Assembly (NCBI GenBank): GCA_947589325.1
Contig: CANQAM010000007.1
Span: forward strand, 21,147 to 85,146
Reading direction: 5' to 3'
Origin: an uncultured Bacteroidales bacterium
Lineage (GTDB): Bacteria; Bacteroidota; Bacteroidia; Bacteroidales; UBA11471
Length of the DNA: 64,000 nt
The notes beneath the pieces were generated by a model, which worked only from the letters and a program-made list of their open reading frames with translations, had not been told where the DNA came from and did not search any database. This document shows positions 1 to 8,939 of the stretch, one piece after another. Positions within the stretch are counted from its first letter, which is position 1. Each line of letters opens with the position of its first letter. The translations under genes were made by a program, and so were the position numbers.

Positions 1-2021
1 TCGCTTCGCGCGCTTTCGCTCAAAATCTTTCGTTGGTGTCGCTCACCGTTCCGGCGACGATAACGGAAATCGGCGACTCGGCGTTTTACGGTTGTTCGGG
101 ATTGAAATATTTGGTCGTCGGCGACGGCGATACCCCCTTGTCGTTGGGTTACAACCGATATACGGGCGTGTCTGAGGGCGAGGCGCTGTTTCACGACTGT
201 CCGCTCAAAACGCTCTATCTCGGACGGGAATTGCGCTACAAGGAGGGATTTTTTTACGGCTATTCGCCCTTTTACAAGAAAGCCCGTCTTTCGCTGGTGA
301 TAGTCGGCGACAAGGTGAAAAAAGTCGAGAGCCGTGCTTTTTACGGCTGTGAGGATTTGACGACGGTAACTATCGGCGGCGGGGTGGAAACGATTGAAAA
401 TTATGCTTTTTCCGGTTGTTCTGCACTAAAAGAGCTTATTATAAAGGAGGGGAAAAAGCCCCTGTTTGTCGGTCGAAACAAGTTAATGCAAAATATTTTT
501 TACGACTCTCCGCTCGAAACGCTTTATCTCGGACGCGACCTGACGTATGAAGAGAATATCGCGCACGCTTATAATCCGTTTTATAAAAAAGAAACGTTGC
601 GCAATGTAACGATAGGCGATGCCGCGACCGAACTTCCCCCGCGCGCTTTTTACGGCTGTCGTTCGCTGGTTTCGTTGAAAGTGGGCGGTAATGTGCGGAA
701 AATCGGAAACGGGGCTTTTGCCGCTTGCGCCGCGTTGCGGGAATTGTATCTTGCCGACGGCGACAGTGTGCTGTATCTCGGCGCGAATGCCCGTGCGGCA
801 AAAACGATGGGCGAAGGGCTTTTTGCCGATTGTCCGCTCGAAACGCTCTACGTGGGGCGTTCGCTCGATTATTCGACGAGTTATTTCGACGGCTATTCTC
901 CTTTTTACGGACAGTCGAAACTGCATGACGTGGTAATCGGCGAGCGGGTTGCGTTTATCGGCGACCGGCTGTTTGCCAAGTGCGAAAATCTCGTGTCGGT
1001 AACGGTCGGCGGCAATGTGGAGATTGTCGGAAATTATGTTTTTAAGGAGTGCAGCCAGCTGTCCCGTGTTGTCCTGCATGACGGCGTGAAGCCCCTTTAC
1101 ATGGGGTATAACCGCGTGCAGAAAAGCGGAATAGGCGAATCGCTCTTTTCCGATTGCCGTCTGAAAACGCTCTATCTCGGTCGCGATTTGGATTTCAATG
1201 CAAGTCGCTTTTACGGTTATTCCCCATTTTATAAACAAGCGTCGCTGTCGTCGCTGACCATAGGCGGCAGGGTGTCGCGTCTGGCGCAAAATCTCTTTTC
1301 CCACTGTTCGGGGCTTACTTCGATAACGATTCCGGCGAGTGTCGCCTTCATCGGCGATGCGGCATTTTCGGAGTGTACTTCGGTGGTGAAATTGACGTTT
1401 GAAGACGGCACGCAGCCTTTGGCCGTCGGCTCGTCGTATTACCGGACGACAGACGAAACGCTCTTCCAAAACGTGCCGGTACGGACGCTTTATCTCGGGC
1501 GCGACTTGCAATATCCTGCCGGTGCCGACGCTCCTTTTGCGGGAAATGTTTTCTTGCAATCGGTCGAAGCGGGCGCGACGGTAACGGCGCTTCCCGACGG
1601 GCTTTTCAAAAATTGCACGTCGCTCGAATCGCTGACGGTGGGCGGCCGTGTGGAGCGGATAGGCGACCGTTGCGTGCAGGGCTGTACACGGCTGCGTACG
1701 CTGGTGTTCCGCGACGGCGATGCGCCGCTGACGTTGGGCTGCAACGACTGCTTTCCGTCGGGCGGACATTCGCTCTTTTTCGATGCTCCGATACAGTCGC
1801 TTTATCTCGGCAGGGAGTTGCTCTATCCCGATGCCTTCCGGTGCGGCTATTCGCCTTTTTACCGAAAAGAAACCCTTGCCGAAGTTACCATAGGCAAGAC
1901 GGTTACGGCTGTCGGCAGCCGCCTTTTTTACGGCTGCTCCCGTCTTGACTCGCTTACGGTCGAGGGGCGGCTCGATACGGTCGGGACGTATGCTTTTTAC
2001 GGCTGTCCCGCTCAACCGTAA
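1..2021 (+). CDS. BspA-type leucine-rich-repeat surface protein (5' end outside window)
   Basis: The reading frame is open from the window edge (ASRAFAQNLSLVSLTVP... precedes the track ORF 33..2021). It contains many copies of the unit '..L.S(V/L)T(I/V)....V..IG..AF.GC..L..' typical of BspA-like LRR proteins. It ends inside a repeat (..YAFYGCPAQP*) with no C-terminal sorting domain. Confidence 0.8.
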   Translation, partial: ASRAFAQNLSLVSLTVPATITEIGDSAFYGCSGLKYLVVGDGDTPLSLGYNRYTGVSEGEALFHDCPLKTLYLGRELRYKEGFFYGYSPFYKKARLSLVIVGDKVKKVESRAFYGCEDLTTVTIGGGVETIENYAFSGCSALKELIIKEGKKPLFVGRNKLMQNIFYDSPLETLYLGRDLTYEENIAHAYNPFYKKETLRNVTIGDAATELPPRAFYGCRSLVSLKVGGNVRKIGNGAFAACAALRELYLADGDSVLYLGANARAAKTMGEGLFADCPLETLYVGRSLDYSTSYFDGYSPFYGQSKLHDVVIGERVAFIGDRLFAKCENLVSVTVGGNVEIVGNYVFKECSQLSRVVLHDGVKPLYMGYNRVQKSGIGESLFSDCRLKTLYLGRDLDFNASRFYGYSPFYKQASLSSLTIGGRVSRLAQNLFSHCSGLTSITIPASVAFIGDAAFSECTSVVKLTFEDGTQPLAVGSSYYRTTDETLFQNVPVRTLYLGRDLQYPAGADAPFAGNVFLQSVEAGATVTALPDGLFKNCTSLESLTVGGRVERIGDRCVQGCTRLRTLVFRDGDAPLTLGCNDCFPSGGHSLFFDAPIQSLYLGRELLYPDAFRCGYSPFYRKETLAEVTIGKTVTAVGSRLFYGCSRLDSLTVEGRLDTVGTYAFYGCPAQP

Positions 2022-2090
2022 TTTTGCTTTTTCCGAGAACTTTTTTTCGCCCCGCGTTGTTTGGGTAGTAAAATTTCTAAATCGAAAAAG

Positions 2091-3149
2091 ATGAAACGTA
2101 TTTTTGTTTTTACCCTCTGCCTCTTGGGGTGGGCTGCCGTGTCGGCTCAGAATTACAATAAGAAAGAGGTGAAGAGTTTGCAGACCTTTTTGCAACAGAC
2201 CTCTACCGGCAAAGGGGCGAACTGGGAACAGCTCAAAAAAACGAACCTCAACGACCCCGCGACGTGGGAGGGGGTAACATGGGAAAACGGTCATGTAAAG
2301 ACCATCGACTGGCGCGGCCGCAATTTGGCGGGCGAACTTGTACTCGACAATTTCGCGGCGCTGCAGCACCTCGACGTTTCCCGCAACCGCCTTACGTCGC
2401 TTTCGGCAAAAAATTGCACCGCTCTTGTTTCTGTACAGACGGGGCGGAACGAACTTGCCTCGCTCGACCTCGACGGCTGCACGGCTTTGCGTTCGCTCGA
2501 CTGTTCCCGAAATCGCCTTACCGCTATCGACCTGAGTGCCATACGCGGACTTGTCGCCCTCGATTGTTCCGGCAACCTCTTTGTCGAATTGGCTGTTTCG
2601 CGAGCCGATTCCCTGCGCTCGCTCAACATACAGAACTGCAATTTGGAAGCGTTGCAAATCGACAGTTGCGCCAATCTGCGCAACCTCTATTGCGGCTACA
2701 ACCGCATTTCGTCATTGATGCTCATCGACCTGCCGGCACTCGAAACGCTCAATATGGACAACAACCGCGTCGATCAGTTTTATGCGAGCGGACAGGACAA
2801 CCTCTACCAGTTTTCGTGCAGCGGCAACAACATGACTTCTTTGACGATGACCGATTGCCCTGCTCTGTCCGATGTCGATTGCTCGAACAACAACCTTTCC
2901 AAAGTCGATTTCTCCGGCTCGGAAAATCTTTCGACCGTGAATTGTTCCAACAACAGTTTGACGCGCATCGATTTGAGCAACCGCCAGATGTTGTATCGCG
3001 TCGATGCGAGTCAGAATCAGTTGAATTACATCGACGTATCGTTTTGTCCCAATCTCTCTTATCTGAATTTTCGGTACAACCCGTTGGTTAATCTCTATGC
3101 GATGGGCGATTACAGCCTCAACATGATTGCCGGCGTGTGGACATATTGA
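2091..3149 (+). CDS. leucine-rich-repeat protein with signal peptide (22-23 aa LRR units)
   Basis: An internal ATG at 2091 gives MKRIFVFTLCLLGWAAVSAQ, which looks like a signal peptide. About 12 tandem units 'L..LD.S.N.L..L....C..L' follow. Confidence 0.8.
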   Translation: MKRIFVFTLCLLGWAAVSAQNYNKKEVKSLQTFLQQTSTGKGANWEQLKKTNLNDPATWEGVTWENGHVKTIDWRGRNLAGELVLDNFAALQHLDVSRNRLTSLSAKNCTALVSVQTGRNELASLDLDGCTALRSLDCSRNRLTAIDLSAIRGLVALDCSGNLFVELAVSRADSLRSLNIQNCNLEALQIDSCANLRNLYCGYNRISSLMLIDLPALETLNMDNNRVDQFYASGQDNLYQFSCSGNNMTSLTMTDCPALSDVDCSNNNLSKVDFSGSENLSTVNCSNNSLTRIDLSNRQMLYRVDASQNQLNYIDVSFCPNLSYLNFRYNPLVNLYAMGDYSLNMIAGVWTY

Positions 3150-3204
3150 ATTGGGTAGCGGAGGAAACAGGGGGAAGGAGTTAGTTTGTTCCGCTATTCA
3201 AAAA

Positions 3205-3234
3205 GAGCGGTCGCCGATATTTCGGCGACCGCTC
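3205..3234. terminator. bidirectional intrinsic terminator between the LRR gene (+) and pgk (-)
   Basis: Perfect 12-bp stem GAGCGGTCGCCG / CGGCGACCGCTC with a 6-nt loop. It is flanked by AAAAA upstream and ACTTTTT downstream. Confidence 0.8.
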
Positions 3235-3256
3235 ACTTTTTATGGAGTTTGGATAA

Positions 3257-4516
3257 TTATCCGCGAATGGCTTTGATGCCGGGCAGTTCGCGTCCCTCGA
3301 TACATTCGAGCAGGGCGCCGCCGCCGGTCGATACATAGCTTACTTTGTCGGCGAAGCCGAATTTGTTGATGCAGGCTACCGAGTCGCCGCCGCCGATGAG
3401 CGAGAAGGCTCCGGCTGCCGTAGCTTCCACGATGGCTTGGGCAATGGCGCGGCTGCCGGCTTCGAAGTTCGGGAACTCGAATACACCCGCAGGACCGTTC
3501 CACAAAATCGTTTTCGACGATTTGATGACGTTTGCCAATACTTTTGCCGACTCGGGACCGAGGTCGAGCCCCATCCAGCCGTCGGGTATCTCGTTGTTTT
3601 TGCAGGTGCTAGTTTTGGCATCGTTCGAAAAGCTGTCGGCAATCACGCAGTCGGTGGGCAGTACGAGGTTTACGTTCAACTCTTTGGCTTTGTTCATGAT
3701 GTTGATAGCCGTTTCGAGCATATCGTCTTCGCAGAGCGAAGTACCCACTTTTCCGCCCATGGCTTTGGCAAAGGTGTATGCCATGCCGCCGCAGATGATG
3801 AGGTTATCGACTTTGCTCAACAGATTTTCGATGATGGTGATTTTCGACGATACTTTCGAGCCGCCGATGATAGCCGTAACGGGGCGCACGGGATTTTTCA
3901 TCACTTTCTCGACCGCTTCCACCTCTTTCTGCATCAGGTAGCCGAACATTTTGTTTTCGGGAGCGAAGCAGTCGGCGATGAGCGCCGTCGAAGCGTGTGC
4001 ACGGTGAGCCGTTCCGAATGCGTCGTTTACATAAGCGTCTGCCAGTTCGGCAAGATGTTTGGTAAACTCTTTCTGGCTGGCTTTCACGGCTTTCTTGGCA
4101 GCGGCTTTTTCTTCGTCGCCGGCATCTTCGGCAAGGCCTCTCGGTTTGCCTTCCTCTTCGGCATAGAAGCGGAGGTTTTCGAGTACGAGTACTTCGCCCG
4201 CTTTCAATTCGGCAGCCGCTTTTTTCACGGCATCGCCTTGACAGTCATCGACGAATTTCACCGGTTGTCCCAGCAGTTCCGACAGATGTTTTACGATGTG
4301 TTTCAAAGAAAACTTATCTTCCCGACCTTTCGGGCGTCCGAGATGCGAGCCGATGATGATGCTGCCGCCGTCTGCCAATATTTTTTTCAGTGTGGGCAGC
4401 GCTGCACGCATACGTGTATCATCGGTGATATTCATGTTTTCGTCCAGAGGTACGTTGAAATCGACGCGGACGAATGCCTTTTTACCGGCGAAATTGAATT
4501 TGTCGAGTGTTTGCAT
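3257..4516 (-). CDS. pgk: phosphoglycerate kinase
   Basis: 419 aa. N-terminus [25 protein letters not shown] and SHLGRPKG are PGK hallmarks over the full length. Confidence 0.96.
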   Translation of the reverse strand: MQTLDKFNFAGKKAFVRVDFNVPLDENMNITDDTRMRAALPTLKKILADGGSIIIGSHLGRPKGREDKFSLKHIVKHLSELLGQPVKFVDDCQGDAVKKAAAELKAGEVLVLENLRFYAEEEGKPRGLAEDAGDEEKAAAKKAVKASQKEFTKHLAELADAYVNDAFGTAHRAHASTALIADCFAPENKMFGYLMQKEVEAVEKVMKNPVRPVTAIIGGSKVSSKITIIENLLSKVDNLIICGGMAYTFAKAMGGKVGTSLCEDDMLETAINIMNKAKELNVNLVLPTDCVIADSFSNDAKTSTCKNNEIPDGWMGLDLGPESAKVLANVIKSSKTILWNGPAGVFEFPNFEAGSRAIAQAIVEATAAGAFSLIGGGDSVACINKFGFADKVSYVSTGGGALLECIEGRELPGIKAIRG

Positions 4517-4553
4517 TTTCGTTGTTTTTATAAGATTCTTTTGAAATTTGCTG

Positions 4554-4561
4554 CAAAAGTA
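4554..4561 (-). promoter_or_regulatory. Bacteroidota -7 promoter box (TACTTTTG) for pgk
   Basis: The reverse complement of CAAAAGTA matches TAnnTTTG, 38 nt upstream of the pgk ATG (4516). Confidence 0.55.
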
Positions 4562-4594
4562 GAAAATAATTTTCTTTTGTGTGTGAAAAAGAAA

Positions 4595-5425
4595 TTAAAT
4601 CAATCCTTTTTTATGCAATAAAGTTTCCATTTCCCGACGGATTTTTTCCGATTCGCGGCGGGCGGCTTCGGCGAAAGCCTCCGTCTTGTCGGCGTAGATG
4701 ATGCCGCGCGACGAGTTTACCAACAGTCCGCACTGGTCGTTCATGCCGTATTCCGCCACTTCTTGCAGGCTGCCGCCCTGTGCGCCCACGCCCGGCACGA
4801 GCAGGAAGTGGTGCGGTGCCACGCGGCGCACGTCGGTGAAGAGTTTGCCTTGTGTCGCGCCCACGACGAACATCAGCCGGTCGTCGGTCGCCCACGTTTG
4901 CGCCACCCGTATCACCTTCTCGAAAAGCCGTTCGCCGGAGGCATCGGCGGTGAATTGGAAATCCTGTGCGCCTTTGTTCGAGTTCAGTCCGAGCACGATG
5001 CCCCAGTGTCCTTCATATACGAGGAACGGTTTTACGCTGTCCTCGCCCATATAGGGCGCCACCGTTACGGCGTCGATGTCGAGATGCTCGAAAAAGCTGC
5101 GGGCATACATTTCCGACGTGTTGCCTATGTCGCCGCGCTTGGCGTCGGCAATGATGAACAGGTCGGGGTAATTGGCTTTGATATAGCGTATTGTCTTTTC
5201 AAAGGTTTCCCAGCCTTTCAGCCCGAGACTTTCGTAAAAAGCCAGATTCGGCTTGTATGCCACGCATAAATCGGCGGTGGCGTCGATGATGGCTTTGTTG
5301 AAAGCGAAAACGGGGTCTTCGTCTGCCAGCAGATGCGGCGGTATTTTTTTGATGTCGGAGTCGAGTCCCACGCAGAGGAACGATTTTTTCCGGCAGATAT
5401 TTTCAAAAAGCTGTTGTTTGTTCAT
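4595..5425 (-). CDS. pyrF: orotidine-5'-phosphate decarboxylase (type 2)
   Basis: 276 aa. [10 protein letters not shown] and [13 protein letters not shown] motifs. Confidence 0.92.
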   Translation of the reverse strand: MNKQQLFENICRKKSFLCVGLDSDIKKIPPHLLADEDPVFAFNKAIIDATADLCVAYKPNLAFYESLGLKGWETFEKTIRYIKANYPDLFIIADAKRGDIGNTSEMYARSFFEHLDIDAVTVAPYMGEDSVKPFLVYEGHWGIVLGLNSNKGAQDFQFTADASGERLFEKVIRVAQTWATDDRLMFVVGATQGKLFTDVRRVAPHHFLLVPGVGAQGGSLQEVAEYGMNDQCGLLVNSSRGIIYADKTEAFAEAARRESEKIRREMETLLHKKGLI

Positions 5426-5450
5426 AAGGCTTGGTCTGATTAAGGTCGTA

Positions 5451-6560
5451 TTATAATTCGCTTGCTTTCAGCCGTTCGGCATTTTCGGCGACAGTCAGAC
5501 GGTCGATGCACTCCTGTATGTCGCCGTCCATGAATGCCGCAAGGTTGTAAATCGTGTAGTTGATGCGGTGGTCGGTGATGCGCCCCTGCGGGTAGTTGTA
5601 GGTGCGTATCTTGGCGGAGCGGTCGCCCGTCGAAACCATCGTCTTGCGTTTGCCGGCGATGTCGTCGAGGTATTTTTGGTGTTCTTTGTCGTAGATGAAT
5701 GTGCGCAGGCGGGAGAGGGCGCGCTCTTTGTTTTTGGGCTGGTCGCGGGTTTCGGTACATTCGATGAGTATCTCCTCCGTTTCGCCCGTGTTGGGATTTT
5801 TCCAATTGTAGCGCAGTCGCACGCCCGATTCCACTTTGTTCACGTTCTGACCGCCGGCACCGCCGCTGCGGAAGGTGTCCCATTTTATTTCGCCTTCGTT
5901 GATGACCACGTCGAACTCTTCGGCTTCGGGCAGTACCACCACCGATGCCGCCGACGTGTGCACACGTCCCTGCGTCTCCGTCGCGGGCACCCGCTGCACG
6001 CGGTGCACGCCCGATTCGTATTTCAACGTCCCGTACACTTTGTTGCCCGATACCGAGCAGATGACCTCTTTGAATCCGCCTGCGGCGCCTTCGCTGGCGC
6101 TTGAAATTTCGAGCTTCCACCCTTTCATTTCGCAGTATTTGGCATACATGCGGAACAGGTCGCCGGCAAACAGCGCCGCCTCGTCGCCGCCCGTGCCGCC
6201 GCGTATTTCGAGTATGGCGTTGCGGTCGTCCTGCGGGTCGGCAGGTATGAGCAGCAGTTTTATTTCTTCTTCGACGGCGGGTATGCGAGCCTGACAAGCG
6301 TCCAGCTCCTCCCGCGCCATTTCCCGCATTTCGGCATCGCTTTCCGTTTCGAGTATCTCTTTGGCGCCGTCGATGTCGGCGAGCAGCTGCACGTACCGTT
6401 TGCGGGCGTTGTCTATTTTTTCGAGGTCGCTGTACTCTTTGGTGAGTTTGGCAAACCGTTTGCGGTCGCCGATGACCGACGGGTCGGTAATCAGCGTACT
6501 CACTTCACGGAAGCGCAGCGACAGCCCTTCCAATTTCTCTACCAGTTTGTTGTCGCTCAT
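5451..6560 (-). CDS. prfA: peptide chain release factor 1
   Basis: GGQ motif ([14 protein letters not shown]) and the RF1-type PAT tripeptide ([10 protein letters not shown]). Start set at the internal ATG 6560 ([12 protein letters not shown]); the longer track ORF adds an implausible 17 aa. Confidence 0.95.
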   Translation of the reverse strand: MSDNKLVEKLEGLSLRFREVSTLITDPSVIGDRKRFAKLTKEYSDLEKIDNARKRYVQLLADIDGAKEILETESDAEMREMAREELDACQARIPAVEEEIKLLLIPADPQDDRNAILEIRGGTGGDEAALFAGDLFRMYAKYCEMKGWKLEISSASEGAAGGFKEVICSVSGNKVYGTLKYESGVHRVQRVPATETQGRVHTSAASVVVLPEAEEFDVVINEGEIKWDTFRSGGAGGQNVNKVESGVRLRYNWKNPNTGETEEILIECTETRDQPKNKERALSRLRTFIYDKEHQKYLDDIAGKRKTMVSTGDRSAKIRTYNYPQGRITDHRINYTIYNLAAFMDGDIQECIDRLTVAENAERLKASEL

Positions 6561-6646
6561 AAAGTCGGATTTTCTGCCTGCAAAGGTACAAAAACATCGT
6601 TTATCCGGCAAGAGTCCGTTTCAAAATGCGGAGACCTTTGGTGCGC

Positions 6647-7372
6647 TTAGGGAGCGACCAGCTCGAATCGGGCGGACATGGTAGCGCTCAATTCGATAAG
6701 CCGGAATGCCTCCAATGCGCTTTCTTCGGCAATTCCGTCGGCGAGAGCAGAGGCGTACAGCATTTTGTTGGCGGCGACGACATAGCTCCGGCCCGTGTCG
6801 CTGCCCGGTTCCACAATCCATATCACATCACCCAATTTCATACCTGCGGCTTCGGCAAAGAGCGCGGCTTTCGCTTTTGCCGCTTTCAGCGCTTCGACTT
6901 TGCACTCCTCGCGGTAGCGCGGCAGATCTTTGTTTTTCAGTTCGCCGATACGCATCGAGTTGATGCCTTTCGTATCGAGGTTTTTGATAATGACGTTTAT
7001 CGGCTCGAAACTTTGCAGCGTGATGTCCAACCGTTTGGAGATAAGAAAATCTTTTCCGCGTTCACGCCAGTAGTCGCCCACTTCTTGGGTGCGCACCGAT
7101 TCGGCAGGCACGCCGGCTTTCTGCAAGGCTGCGCGCACGCCTGCTTCTATCTGCGACAAGGGAACTTTCGTCTTGTAATTTTCGGGTTTGGATTTCCCGT
7201 CGAATTCTTCCTTGAAATACTCCTTTATCTCGATGAGGAAATGTATTTCGTCGGGTATGACCTCCATTTCGGCAGAGCCTGTTACGTCGATGTATCGGGT
7301 GATTTCGTTTTGTGCCTGCATGGGCATGAAGCTCCATGCGATGCCAGATAAGAGCAAAAGAATTTTTTTCAT
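6647..7372 (-). CDS. SIMPL/DUF541-family periplasmic protein
   Basis: Start at ATG 7372 gives the signal peptide MKKILLLLSGIAWSFMPMQAQ. 'ITVTGSAEMEVIPDE' and the overall pattern resemble DUF541/SIMPL proteins. Confidence 0.65.
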   Translation of the reverse strand: MKKILLLLSGIAWSFMPMQAQNEITRYIDVTGSAEMEVIPDEIHFLIEIKEYFKEEFDGKSKPENYKTKVPLSQIEAGVRAALQKAGVPAESVRTQEVGDYWRERGKDFLISKRLDITLQSFEPINVIIKNLDTKGINSMRIGELKNKDLPRYREECKVEALKAAKAKAALFAEAAGMKLGDVIWIVEPGSDTGRSYVVAANKMLYASALADGIAEESALEAFRLIELSATMSARFELVAP

Positions 7373-7379
7373 GTTCGTT

Positions 7380-8510
7380 TTATTTGGAATGTCGTTTTTC
7401 GTTGTAAGGATTGAACGCATTTTTCCACATACGGTATTGTTCGAGCAGGGCGTTTCCGGCGTCGGTGTACCAGCTGTACCCCGTGCGGCGGCCGTGTCCG
7501 ATTTCCGAGACGTCGTATTTTCGTATGCCGTCGCGGTCGGAGAACATCGGGCGGTTCGTTTCCAATTCGTAGAAGCGCGCCCACAGCGGACGGGCATGCG
7601 GCGCTTTCACCATGCGGTAGTCGCGCCGTCCTTCGCTGTCGGTATAATACTCGAAGCGCAAGCCCTCTATCTTTGAATCCTTAAACCATGCTATGGCGTT
7701 ATCTACTGCGGCGACGACTTCGGGCGACGGATTGGGCACCGACATCAGCAGCCGCACGATGCCCACCGATTCGCTTCCGCTCAGCGACGGCAGTTCGTAG
7801 GAGCGGGCTTTCACCGGTTCCAGCGTCTCGTAGTGGTGTTGGGCGCACCACACGGTGGGGCGGCCGTTCTGCACCACTTGGGTGCGCAAAATACATTCGA
7901 TGCCTTTGTCGAATGCCTTGCGGGCTTCGTCGCGCAGCGACTGAGGCACGTACCAGTAAAGCGGGTCGCACTGGTAAATGTTCTGCAAAAGCCGCATGAC
8001 ATTCACCATGGCATCGTCGTTGTAGGTAATGTGGTGGGAGTAACCCTCTTTTGCCTGCGGGTAGAATTGCGGCCAGCCGCCGTTTTCGTATTGGGCGTCG
8101 AGCAGGTAGCGAATGCCTTTCAGGGCGGCCTTTTTGTATTTCTTGTCGCGGGTTGCGTTATAGACTTTCGAGAGATAGATGATTTCGGTCGTCGTGCTGC
8201 CGTTGTCGATGGTGCTGCTGTTTACCTTGTTTTTCTTTTCGGCAAGAATTTGTTTCTTTTTATCCGCCGTGATTTCTGCGGCGTAATAGACATTTTTCTC
8301 CCACGCCCCCGTGTTGAGTTGGTAAAGTACGAGATTGTCGGCGATGCGCACGGCTTCGTCGCGACATTCAGTGAAGAATGCATCGGGAATGCGCGAGGCG
8401 GTACGCACCCAACTCATGTGGTTTTGACGGTAGTCGCTGCGGAGGGGCTGCGCCGTCGAAGTGCCGATTGTTAAAATGCCTACTAAGGCGATGAACATTG
8501 ATTTTTTCAT
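7380..8510 (-). CDS. pectate lyase, PelA/Pel-15E family (PL10)
   Basis: Signal peptide MKKSMFIALVGILTIGTSTAQ. STIDNGSTTTEIIYLSKVY, LLDAQYENGGWPQFYP and ITYNDDAMVNVMRLL match the PL10 pattern. Confidence 0.85.
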   Translation of the reverse strand: MKKSMFIALVGILTIGTSTAQPLRSDYRQNHMSWVRTASRIPDAFFTECRDEAVRIADNLVLYQLNTGAWEKNVYYAAEITADKKKQILAEKKNKVNSSTIDNGSTTTEIIYLSKVYNATRDKKYKKAALKGIRYLLDAQYENGGWPQFYPQAKEGYSHHITYNDDAMVNVMRLLQNIYQCDPLYWYVPQSLRDEARKAFDKGIECILRTQVVQNGRPTVWCAQHHYETLEPVKARSYELPSLSGSESVGIVRLLMSVPNPSPEVVAAVDNAIAWFKDSKIEGLRFEYYTDSEGRRDYRMVKAPHARPLWARFYELETNRPMFSDRDGIRKYDVSEIGHGRRTGYSWYTDAGNALLEQYRMWKNAFNPYNEKRHSK

Positions 8511-8649
8511 GGCAATCCGTTTTTTAGAAAATAAAGATAAATTTCCTTTTAGACGGAATATCTCTCCCGAAGTTACATACGACAACGTTAAAAAAAGAAA
8601 ATGATGTTTTTTTTTAGCTGTGCCATAACGGCGAGTGTTGCAACACGCT

Positions 8650-8675
8650 CTGCCGCATTCCGGTGAATGCGGCAG
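8650..8675 (-). terminator. hairpin downstream of the copA-HMA operon (possible terminator, no U-tract)
   Basis: 10-bp stem CTGCCGCATT / AATGCGGCAG with a 6-nt loop, 28 nt beyond the stop of the HMA gene. Confidence 0.4.
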
Positions 8676-8702
8676 GCAGAATGGCGATTCGGTGTGAGAC
8701 GC

Positions 8703-8915
8703 TTATGCCGGCAGCTTTTCGGCTTTGAAACCGGCGGCGTTTACCAACCCGACGATTTCGTCATCGCTGAGGTTGCAGTCGATAGTCAGTGTGCGTTCGG
8801 GCACGGAGAGGTCGATGTTCCACTTGTCGCGGCTCACGGCGGTGGAGAGGCTCGCTTCTATCTTGGCGACGCAGCCGCCGCATTTGGCGTTGGTTTTGAA
8901 TTTGCGTGTGTTCAT
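8703..8915 (-). CDS. heavy-metal-associated (HMA) domain protein, CopZ-like
   Basis: 70 aa. NAKCGGCVAKIE carries a CxxC metal-binding motif. It lies immediately downstream of the P-type ATPase. Confidence 0.8.
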   Translation of the reverse strand: MNTRKFKTNAKCGGCVAKIEASLSTAVSRDKWNIDLSVPERTLTIDCNLSDDEIVGLVNAAGFKAEKLPA

Positions 8916-8939
8916 AATCGTATGTTTTTTAGAATTGTA

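Noticed and set aside
483-2657. A 724-aa minus-strand ORF covering both LRR genes and their spacer.
   Set aside because: It is antisense to clearly periodic LRR coding sequence. Its product is Arg-rich with no motif, and it is the same stop-codon-depletion artefact.
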